From NCBI RefSeq assembly GCF_006345805.1, contig NC_043002.1:116374001-116438000 (forward strand): 64,000 nucleotides of DNA. Direction: 5' to 3'. Under the pieces are notes generated by a model. The model worked only from the letters and a program-made list of their open reading frames with translations, was not told the DNA's origin and searched no databases. Shown here piece by piece: positions 40,290-50,586 of this stretch (the stretch's first letter is position 1; each line of letters opens with the position of its first letter). This DNA is from Octopus sinensis. Lineage: Eukaryota. The position numbers and the translations under genes are program-made.

Positions 40290-40703
40290 TCTATATCTAT
40301 AAACGGCAAAATGTCGGTGTATCTGTGTGTCCACAGTTTTTCACGTAAAATCCACAGTTTTTCACGTAAAATCCACAGTTTTTCACGTAAAAGGCACGCA
40401 TTATCTATGGGCTTTCAAAACTGTCTGAGGGTGATCGTGAAGATCTTTTCATTTCTCCAGTCACCCAAGAAAGCCATTAAAAACCGATAAATTGACCCCT
40501 TATGTCCATATGTTATTGCCGAAGTCCAATAAATATTAATTACTCTCATAAAAATCTCCAACTTACTCATAAACAACAAAACTGGCCCAGGCTGAAATGT
40601 GATAAGAAACTTAGCTCTTGATTTAGTGAGAAAATTTTACTGCGACCCGGCAACGAACAACAACCACTAGCGCTAGACCGACAACGCCGGGTCATAGAGC
40701 TTG
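40290..40703 (+). mobile_element. Non-autonomous Helitron-like element
   Basis: 5' tctatatctataaacggcaaaatgtc; 21-bp unit x3 (40330-40392); 3' gacccggc..gccgggtcata hairpin as at 8784, ending CTTG|T. Confidence 0.7.
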
Positions 40704-40859
40704 TCTCCAATAATGTTAATCTAAATGTTGGCTTTATTTGGCTTTTTTGAAAAATTGGTTATACTATATTTATAGTATATTATATTACATTATAATGTGA
40801 TAAATTGTTAGATTGTCAATTGTATTTCTCTATTTAATTCATTATTTGTAATATACAGA

Positions 40860-40995
40860 TACACACACACGCACGCACACACACACGCACGCACACACAC
40901 ACGCACGCACACACACACGCACGCACACACACACGCACGCACACACACACACGCATGCATACACACACATACACGCGTACATGTGCGCGCGCGTG
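40860..40995. repeat. (CACGCACGCACACA)n / (CA)n repeat
   Basis: Directly visible. Confidence 0.9.
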
Positions 40996-41612
40996 TGTTT
41001 ATTTATGTATGTATGTATATATATCCAAGACAGGTGAAGTCATACTGAACGTTGGGGTCGCACGTTTCCCAGTTTCTTCAAATGTTGAAAATCAACGAAT
41101 ACAGCGCTTCTTTCGCTATCCGACTTCACCAAAACCGGCATTCTGAAATTAACACATTTCATCAAATGCCATAGCTACAGAAATGATCCTATATTTAGCA
41201 CACTTACAACATTCACAATTCATGCATGCTGCCCACTTGACAGACAATCCGTGGAACAGACAAGTGCCCATACATCTAAGTAGTATATCTCCTACTGTTG
41301 ACCAAATATCAAGTGAGGGCTACATCGGCAGCATGATTCGACCTTTGTATATCTGGATGAAGAAACAATACGCGTGCCATCGTTTCGGAAACATATAATA
41401 AAATGTGGGAACATTAGTAACAATATATATATATCTGCTACCATTTTATTCATTGAACACAGCATAGGTAATAAATGAGAGAAAAATAATTCTTGTAAAA
41501 ATAAATCCTCAGCTACCCGACCGTCAATAACGCTGAGTTAGACCAAGCCCAATGGATAATGTACCACCACCACCAACACCACCACCACCACCACCACCAC
41601 CACCACCACTAT

Positions 41613-41674
<62 letters not shown>

Positions 41675-42609
41675 TAGCTGACTCTGCTCCTGCAGCTGAC
41701 ACTACAAATTGTAGCAATGAATGTTGACACGGGGCTTAATAAATATCCTTCCATTACAGCCAAAGGGAGTATATGCCATTGATATTTCTTTAACTGCTTT
41801 TCTCTGTTGATGGGTATTTTACTAGAAATGCAAATAATTATTAGATTATCTCAAAGGTAACACTTGAATACTTTGTTGCTAATTTAATATTGATATATTC
41901 TTTTGCATTGCGAGAAACCGACTAAACAACATGAATTCTCAGATACCACAAGGCTTGAAGCACATTACAACGCTTTCATACTCTCACATACACACACATG
42001 GACACACACACATACACACACACACACAAACACATACACACACACACACACATCCAATATATATATATATATACGCATAGAGAGAGATTGAGAGAGAGGG
42101 AGAGAAAGAGAGAGAGAGAGGGGGGAGAGAGAAAGAATGAGAGAAAGAGAGGCAGTATGTTTCAACGGTTAAGAAGTTTATTCACAAAAATGATATGCCG
42201 AGTTAGAGTACATTCGGTGACATTTTGGGCAAGTATGTTTTTATACTCTTGCGTAAACCCAAACTTTGTCAGTGAAATCTAGTAGATAGAAACTGTATTG
42301 AAGCCTATCTAATGAGTTGTACATTTAATTCAAAGACCTGACTTGGGAAACAGTGATACGCTGACTTTGAACATTGCATTAAGAGCTTGTGGAGTGCTCA
42401 GCTACGTTCGTGCTCATTCATTGAGAATTATATCGATCAACTGTTTCTCATGGTCAGAAACATACATACACGCATACCTACACACATACATAATACATAC
42501 ACATGCGCGTACATACAACATGCACATACAGGTATTCGTACATACATACATGTATGCATGCATGCATACATACATACATACATACATACATACATACATA
42601 CATACATAC

Positions 42610-43365
42610 AAAAATTCTATAATTATGAACATAATTATAATCAGGGGTCAGCTAATTTCTTCGCCACGCACCGAATTTAGAAATAGGAGTTAAATGCTTT
42701 TTCTACTACCATAAAAATCTCCCAGACAGTAACACACTTTTTACGTAGGCAAAAAGAAAAAGTAACGAATCCACACGACTCAGTTAGCTACATACGCGTT
42801 TCGAGATTAAAGTAAGGTTATATTTACTTACTTACTTATTTCTCATCTTCAGTGCAGTGTTTCGAAATATAAATTTCAGAATGTTAGGATTAAATATGTA
42901 CGCGATCAAGCGCCATCGCATAACCGATATTCAACCAACACTTCCAAACATATACAGCCGAATGCGAACACATATTTATCTTCAATACCCACGTGTAAGT
43001 TAGGAGCAATCCCGCAGAAACTGCAGTTTTCGATCAGGGAATAAATTATAATTTCAATAATAATAAAAGGGTAAAACTAATTAATTAATTAATAATTAAT
43101 AAATGTTATTTTAACGTAGCGAACTACTTGGCAAATTTTTTAATTATCAATTAAAAGTAGAAAAGACATTTAATTCCTATTTCTAAATTCGGAGCGTGGT
43201 GAAGCAATTAACTGACTCCTGATTATAATTATATTTATAATTACAGAATATTTGTATAATTTTGCCTAAAAAGGTTATTTTAAGGTACCGAACTACTTGG
43301 TAAAATTGTTAATTATTAATTAATTAATTGATTAATTGATTAATTTTACCCTTTTATTATCATAC
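42610..43365. mobile_element. PLE pseudo-LTR-like module with inverted and direct sub-repeats
   Basis: IR 42610-42710 / 43150-43255; direct repeat gttattttaa.gta.cgaactacttgg at about 43108 and 43275; contains a hammerhead. Confidence 0.7.
42788..42857 (-). ncRNA. Minimal type I hammerhead ribozyme
   Basis: cugca-CUGAAGA-u-gaga..ucuc-GAAAC-gc-GUA-uguag: 5-bp helix I, intact core, palindromic helix III (ACGCGU). Confidence 0.85.
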
Positions 43366-43494
43366 ATACATACATATATTGTACGTAAAGAGATTTCTTA
43401 TATGTTTTTCTACATGTATATCTATGCAACTCCAAATGGTAAAGGAACATATGTAATATGGAATAAATATACCGAAATTTTCCAATTACCTGTT

Positions 43495-43533
<39 letters not shown>

Positions 43534-43639
43534 GCACGCACACGCACGTACACAAATATAGTACATGCACACTTGCGCGCGCACACATACACACTCACAC
43601 TCATACATACTCACGTACTCACACACATATATGCTGCAA

Positions 43640-44250
43640 CGCCGTTATAATTTAAATATTCTACTACAATAAGATAATGGGAGAAAAATATGACACTAAA
43701 AATTAACGTAATTCAAGAATTAAAGATTAACGTACTTACAAATTCCAGAATATCTTACAATATCAAAAGAAGAGTGACAAGCATTTGAATGTTGGCAGAA
43801 AGATTCTTCTATAGCCATTAGAAAAAAAAAACTGATAAAGTAAGGTTCATTGTAATAATGGACAAAACCCATTATGGGGAGTTGGTCTTAAAACTATGAA
43901 ACGGTCACCAGAAATTAGAAATCAATGCAGATAAATAGTCAAGGAACAAAAGTGGTAAGTTAAGCGACAAGTGGGAAAATAATTTAACGGAAAAGAAGGT
44001 ATTTAAATAATTAAGGATAAAAAATATGGCAACTTTTATGCATTACCAGAAATTCATAAATCTAAAGAAATCTGCGATAGCTTAATGGACTTCCATATAT
44101 CATAGGTAAAGACTAGCACACTGTCTGATTTTAAATTATGTCCTAATATTGCAGGATCAACTTCAAACAGTCAACGATTAGCAATATATATTGGTCATCA
44201 TATTATGCACATTCGTTCATAGTTTCATGAGAGATATGAACTTTTTAAAT

Positions 44251-44255
<5 letters not shown>
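43640..44255 (+). mobile_element. Penelope-like element RT N-terminal relic
   Basis: IVIMDK, NFYALPEIHKS, FKLCPNIAG motifs with stops. Confidence 0.7.
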
Positions 44256-44322
<67 letters not shown>

Positions 44323-44429
44323 AAGAAGGGTAGTAATATTATTTACTACCAGGTGCCCAGCACAAAAGACGAATTAGTCATAAGACAAAAATATTATTCA
44401 TATAGAAAAATATTATTCATGTAGTTATA

Positions 44430-44599
44430 CAATTAAGGGCTCCTAAATTAAGATGCCGAGTGCTGGAACACAAAAGGGGATGAATTTATCGAGAGTGAAA
44501 ATCAAAAACGTTTACCGATAACTTTAACTTAACCTCGATAAATTCATCCCCTTTTTGTGTTCCCAGCACTCGGCATCTTAATTTAGGAGCCCTTAATTG
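44430..44599. mobile_element. 170-bp foldback MITE with TA flanks
   Basis: Arms 44430-44493 and 44534-44599 near-perfectly complementary; TA on both sides. Confidence 0.88.
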
Positions 44600-44607
44600 T
44601 ATATATA

Positions 44608-44644
<37 letters not shown>

Positions 44645-44649
<5 letters not shown>

Positions 44650-44950
44650 AATATTAGGGAATAAATCCAAACTTACGGGGAAAAATCAGATTTAGGATTG
44701 AATCCAATTTTATAGTAAAATATTATATTATATTAAATTAGAGACAAAACCACTATTATGCAAATCAAACAAAGAAAGACTTAAGCCAATACAAAAATAT
44801 AAATTAAATTTAATTAAAATAACCACTACGATCGTTTCGTGTCAGCACTTCTATGAGACATTCTTCAGGTGGTTTCAAAACCTTCTTTGCAAGTTTTAAT
44901 TGTTTGATTTGCATAATAGTGGTTTTGTCTCTAATTTAATATAATATATC
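44645..44950. mobile_element. (TA)n-embedded pseudo-LTR module with perfect 48-bp inverted arms
   Basis: 44725-44772 versus 44900-44947; hammerhead in the loop; sibling at 48483-48845. Confidence 0.8.
44821..44874 (-). ncRNA. Minimal type I hammerhead ribozyme
   Basis: aaccac-CUGAAGA-a-uguc..gaca-c-GAAAC-gauc-GUA-gugguu: perfect 6-bp helix I, 4-bp helix II, palindromic helix III (ACGAUCGU). Confidence 0.9.
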
Positions 44951-44977
44951 TATATATATATATATTATATATATAAT

Positions 44978-45011
<34 letters not shown>

Positions 45012-45389
45012 CACCCACCTACACATTTATATGCATGCGTGCGTATGGGTGTGTGTGTGTAATTTCACGGAGACCTGGTGTTGTACTGACTGAATATATT
45101 ACGCAGGAGCCGAGTATGTATCAATAGAAATTAATTTTTGTTAAATTTAAGTGAACTTTTATGGAGTACTTTTTACCTACAATAATATTTGTATAGATAT
45201 TCATAGAAACGCATCTAGTATTGAATTTTCCCAAATTTCTTTGATGGGTGAAGCTTCTGTGTCTGTTAAAAGCGTTAATTTTGTGGCTTAAAAATACAAT
45301 GTATTTCGTTTTAATTCATATATTTTGTAATTCCGAATGTAATAAAAAAAGCAGTTTTAACAGAAATGTGTTTTATTCTGAAGGAGCTG

Positions 45390-46295
45390 GCTGTAGAAAG
45401 TTCTTGTTCAACACTTTGGCATTCGGATTAAAAGGTGCTGGCTTGGAGTAGTATATAACAATGCAACAATGTTACCTGTGAGAGTAACATGGTTTTTCCA
45501 GTTCAAGTCCAGCAATCCTAACCGGCTTTTCATGAGATTTAATTTCTCAACAGAATTCGCAAATCCCTTCAGCCGACTAAAATTTCTTATCATAATCGGT
45601 ATCTCAAAATGGAAACAACTATTATGTTACTATGCAATTTTGTTGTAATGATACTAAGCTAACTGGTAAAACTCATATGCCTCATGTGATATAAGCCACC
45701 ACACTGACTGATTGCATCAGCTTTGAAGCCATTGTCCTTCTAAACATTCGTCTCATCTCAGCATTTCAGCACAAGCATCATCTATTTCTAACGAAGTTTG
45801 TTTTTGTTTATAACAAACATAGGATCATTGAAAACTGAAGATAAAATCTGTTCTACTTTGCAACAACTAGTCATTCTAGTAGTTTCTATCACACAGGGAA
45901 TAAGGATTTGGGCGGCTAGTGTTATACAGTTAGATCCAAATTGCATAGACATATATAAGATGAAAAGATGTTGCAGATTGTGAGTAGGGGGACCTCAGTA
46001 GCCCAAAGGGAATTGAGAGAAATTCTTTTGGATAGTTGGTTGGATTGGTAAAATCAAAAACAATGTAAACTGACTTGTGTGATTGGATTCAGATTATGCT
46101 TTTCGATGGTAGATTTAAGACCCTGCTGAATATCATTTTCGGGTGCCAGGATGGCTCGTTCACAAAATCACTCTTGAGAATACTGCTGCAAGAGGTTAGA
46201 AATAAACTTTTAGTAGCATTTCTAGAGATGTGTTGAGCGCTTCACAATTTTTGGTATTTTGATATTTCCACTTTTAGTGTCACTCAGTCTCTTGG
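45390..46295 (-). mobile_element. Helitron Pif1-like helicase C-terminal relic
   Basis: E*FCERAILAPEND, TNYPKEFL.NSL, PCVIETTRMTSCCK, LQF, RIAGLELEKPCYSH correspond to WLCERAILAP..NYPTEFLNSL..VIEATI.TG..GL.L..PCFSHGQ. Confidence 0.75.
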
Positions 46296-46299
46296 ACAT

Positions 46300-46399
46300 N
46301 NNNNNNNNNNNNNNNNNNNNNNNNNNNNNNNNNNNNNNNNNNNNNNNNNNNNNNNNNNNNNNNNNNNNNNNNNNNNNNNNNNNNNNNNNNNNNNNNNNN
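46300..46399. other. Assembly gap (100 N)
   Basis: Run of N. Confidence 1.
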
Positions 46400-46762
46400 A
46401 GAGAGAGAGAGAGAGAGGTAGGAGAGAGCCACAAAATGTAATAAAGATTTACTTAATTAAGCATGACACCACATATAGTAAAAACTACCAAGAATGTAGC
46501 ATTTCCTCTATGTTCAGAAAAAAAGACTCAATGAAATAACATCTTAATTATATTCTGTAACATGATATACGGTAGAATGTGTTTGTACTATGCTTGAAAT
46601 GTATAATATATGTTTCTATTGGAAATATGGATATTTTAGTACAAGAAAATTGCAAAATATTTTATATGAAATACGCATATATTAACCAAAAGGAATACAT
46701 GAAGTGTATATATATTTAATAACGTTCCTATATTATGATACATATATACTTATATATCATAG

Positions 46763-46868
46763 CGTGGTTCCGGGTTCAGTCCCATTGCGTGGCACCTTGG
46801 GCAAGTGTCTTCTACTTTAGCCTTGTGAGTGGATTTGGTAGACGGAAACTGAAAGAGGCCCGTCGTAT
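46763..46868 (+). mobile_element. Partial tRNA-derived SINE (CORE-like family)
   Basis: tggttccgggttcagtccc..ggcaccttgggcaagtgtcttctact. Confidence 0.8.
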
Positions 46869-46939
46869 ATGTTGATTCGCAAGCCTCTGCACGCATTTTT
46901 TCTCTCTCCTTGTTTCTCTCCGTGTTTCTTTTCTGTGTA

Positions 46940-46977
46940 TCTTTCTGTTGAAGAGCGTAGGCTCGAAATGTAAAAGA
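46940..46977 (+). ncRNA. Hammerhead-like motif with variant core
   Basis: ucuuu-CUGUUGA-a-gagc-guag-gcuc-GAAA-u-GUA-aaaga: helices I and II perfect, core A6 replaced by U. Confidence 0.5.
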
Positions 46978-47073
46978 CTTGTTTTATTTATATTCCTGAG
47001 CGCCATACTAATACAATTGTTTGTTTGTATTCCACCTGCCTTCGTCTTTTGTTTATTTTCATAAAGCTTCCTG

Positions 47074-47106
<33 letters not shown>

Positions 47107-47107
<1 letters not shown>

Positions 47108-48393
47108 GAGGGACGTTCAATAAGTAATGCCCCTGACCCACTTGCAGTTGTTTGATCAGAAATTTTGCATGTGCAATCATTTATATCTCTATAGAGTAAG
47201 TGACAAATTACAGCTCTGAACTAATTGTGGTTTCTGATTTACAGGTATTTGAACTGAGTCAAGTGTGAAATGGAGCCTGATGAGTGTCGAGCAGTGATCC
47301 GGTTTTTGTATTTGAAAGGACGCACACCACGGGAGACTTTTGATGAAATGAAAGTAACTGATGGTGATGATGCCCCATCATATGACCTTGTAAAACGCTG
47401 GCATCGTGAATTCAAACATGGTCGGAACTATGTGAAAATAGCTCCCAGATCTGGTCGCCCCGCTTCTGCCATTGATGAGGCATCTGTCCGTCAAGTTGAG
47501 GCTGCCATTTTGGAAGATCGACGCATAATTATTCGCCAAATAGCCCATGAGGTTAAGATTAGTACCGGGTCTGTGGAAACTATCATTCATGACCATTTGC
47601 ATATGCAAAAGGTGTCTGCCAGATAGATTCCCAGGTTGCTCACGCCTTTCCAGAAGCAAGAACGCGTCGAGTGCTCGAGGATGAATTTGGAGATGTGCCA
47701 AGAAGATGAGTCAAAATTTTTCAAAAGACTGATTACACAGGATGAAACCTGGGTCCATCACGATGATTCAGAGACCAAAGCCCAGTCAATGCAGTGGAAG
47801 CACCGTGACTCACCTCCTCCAAAGAAGGCAAGGGTGCAGCCCTCCGCTGGCAAGGTCATGCTCACAGTCTTCTGGGACCAGGACGGAGTAGTGATGACAG
47901 ATTTCCTGGCAAAGGGTACCACAATTACAGGAGCCTATTATGCTTCACTTTTGAGGAAATTAAGAGAAGTTATCAAAATCAAGAGGCGGGGCAAGATCAG
48001 AAAAGGCATCCTCCTCCTGCAGGACAACGCTCCGGTCCACAACTCGCTTGTCGCCAGATCAGAAGCACAGGCGTATGGCTATGAATTCCTCCCCCATCCC
48101 CCTACTTTCCTGACTTGCACCCTCTGATTTTCCCCTCTTCCCAGCCATGAAGTTGTTTTTGAAAGGAAAGCGTTTCCCAGATGATGCAGCCTTGATTTCT
48201 GAAGTCACGTCGTGGTTGGATGACCAAGCTGGGGTCTTCTACAAAAACGGTCTCCAGAGCTGCATCAAACGATGGGAGAAATGCGTAACTCTGGGTGGCT
48301 CCTATGTAGAAAAAGACTAATAACTGTGCCAAGTTTCGTTGCTCTACTGCTATAGGAAGTGGGTCAGGGGCATTACTTATTGAACGCCCCTCG
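47107..48393 (+). mobile_element. Near-intact mariner (DD34D) element inserted in (TA)n
   Basis: 37-bp TIRs 36/37 identical, TA flanks; transposase 47270-48320 (ITQDETWVH, LQDNAPVH, HPP..DL.PSDF) with one TAG at 47624 and frameshifts near 48100-48120. Confidence 0.95.
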
Positions 48394-48434
48394 TATATAT
48401 GTATATATATATATATATATATAATATATATATA

Positions 48435-48476
<42 letters not shown>

Positions 48477-48482
48477 TATATA

Positions 48483-48845
48483 TATTTTATTAAATTAGAG
48501 ATAAAACCACTATTAGGCAAATCAAACAGTGAAAATCATAAGCTAATACATAGAAATAAAATTAATTAAAAAAATATAAAATATTAAATTCCAAATTGAA
48601 ATATTTAAATTAAAGTTAAAATTTTAAAAAATATTTAAATAATTTAAACTTATAAATTTTAAATAAATATATATATATATATATATATATATTGGCTTAT
48701 GATTTTCACTGTTTGATTTGGCTAATAGTGGTTTTATCTCTAATTTAATATAATATGTATTTATAGTACAAAATTGGATTTAATCCTATATCTAATTTTC
48801 CCCTGTAAGTTTGCATTTACTCCCTAATATTATTATTATTAATTA
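48483..48845. mobile_element. Second copy of the 44645-44950 module family (opposite orientation, no hammerhead)
   Basis: 48690-48840 is the reverse complement of about 44650-44790; short inverted arm at 48483-48547. Confidence 0.8.
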
Positions 48846-48850
48846 ATATA

Positions 48851-48913
<63 letters not shown>

Positions 48914-48929
48914 TTTGTGTGTCTGTGTT

Positions 48930-49085
48930 TGTCCTCCCTACATCGATTGACAACCGATGTTGGTGTGTTTAGGTTCCCGCAAAAGAGGCCGATAGAATAA
49001 GTACTAGGCTTACAAAGATTTGCTCGACTAAAGGCGGTGCTCCAGCATGGCCACGGTCAAATGACTGAAACAAGTAAAAGAGTAA
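48930..49085. mobile_element. SINE fragments (CORE-like family)
   Basis: gcaaaagaggccgatagaataagtactaggct..ccagcatggccacggtcaaatgactgaaacaagtaaaag. Confidence 0.7.
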
Positions 49086-49359
49086 ACCAGTAAAAAAGTA
49101 AAATATGTCTCTGTAACAGCAAAATATATAGGGTTTGTCATGATAGTAGCAACATTATATGCGCATGGAATGCGTGCTGCATAGATTATTGACAACAGAT
49201 ACTATTTCTGGTAATGAAGCTTTTACCAGATGGTGGTTAACATATGATGTGTTCTAAATATATTACATACTAGAGTCTACTTATTACTTTTCAAATGTTT
49301 CAGTATTGACGAAATCGGTTTTCTAGAATATATTTATGTATGTATGCATTTATCGGTCT

Positions 49360-49396
49360 GACATCCATCCATCCATCCATCCATCCATCCATCCAT

Positions 49397-49429
<33 letters not shown>

Positions 49430-49505
49430 GTCCATCCGTCCGTCCGTCCGTCCGTCCGTCCGTCCGTCCGTCCGTCCATCCATCCATCCATCCATCCATC
49501 CATCT
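49360..49505. repeat. (ATCC)n/(GTCC)n microsatellite
   Basis: Directly visible. Confidence 0.95.
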
Positions 49506-49569
49506 CACTCTCTCTCTACCCACCACACATATATAAAATTAATGTCGACCTCTCACATTCTAATTTGTC

Positions 49570-49631
<62 letters not shown>

Positions 49632-49664
49632 CGGTTTTAATAACTATAACTATATATATATATG

Positions 49665-49900
49665 TTGCGGAGGTGTACTTGCATAGCAAGCGACTTGATC
49701 TGAGATCGTGCGGTGAAGCAAAAACAACTGCAGCGTAGATGTTTGTAAGCTATTCAAGAGCACGGAGTTTTGTCAGTGAACAGGCCACGGTTTCAAGACG
49801 ACGAAAATATTTTGACACAAATGAAATTTTAATGTAGAAGTGAAAGTAACGGTTTTTTGTGTGTTCTTAAATGCCTTACAAACATCTTCCACGCTGCAAT

Positions 49901-49905
<5 letters not shown>
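49665..49905. mobile_element. MITE with long TIRs, copy 1 (right TIR truncated)
   Basis: Internal IR tgcagcgt..taagctatt / aatgcctta..acgctgca; same family at 62828-63083. Confidence 0.7.
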
Positions 49906-49982
<77 letters not shown>

Positions 49983-50586
49983 GACAAATTAGAATATATG
50001 TAAGAGAGATTGAAGGTGGAAGGGAAAAGCTAGTTTTGATGAGACAAACTGACAACATTTCTGTCCTTGACTCTAACACTTCTATTCAACTACTACTTTC
50101 ACTCTCTCAACGTGTTTTTTCTCCGAATTTGCTGTTGTTTTACTTCAAGGAGAAACTGGACCCAGAATTTTTGGTTGTTCATTATTCTTGATTGCAGGTC
50201 AACTGCATTAAGGATGTTCAGTTCTGCTCTAAACGTCTGCTCCGAATAAGGTAAACTATACGGCGCTATGTGAATTCTCCATTAATAGCTGCGTTCGCTG
50301 TATTCTGTTGAAACTCAAGTTCGGTTACATAACCACATTTTAGATACCACCTACGTTGACAGGCTTAATAAAATTTAAGTACCGGGGGCGATGCATTCGA
50401 CTAAAATTTGTTCCAGGTGGTGCCCCAGCATGGCCGTAGTCTAATGACTGAAACAAGTAAAGGACATAAATCTTTAAAGAACGATATCTTACGTGTAAAA
50501 CAATCAGTTGATAATGGGTAACATAATGGATTAGTAGACAAGGCAACAGAGCCAGATAGGAACAAATTCACCCATACTTATATCAT

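Noticed and set aside
40330-40392. Short direct-repeat arrays (21-mer x3 here; 9-mer x7 at 37157) as CRISPR-like
   Set aside because: No spacers, eukaryotic context, no cas genes.
41080-41400. Complex segment with small ORFs (71 aa)
   Set aside because: No recognisable motif or splice signals in phase with the host gene.
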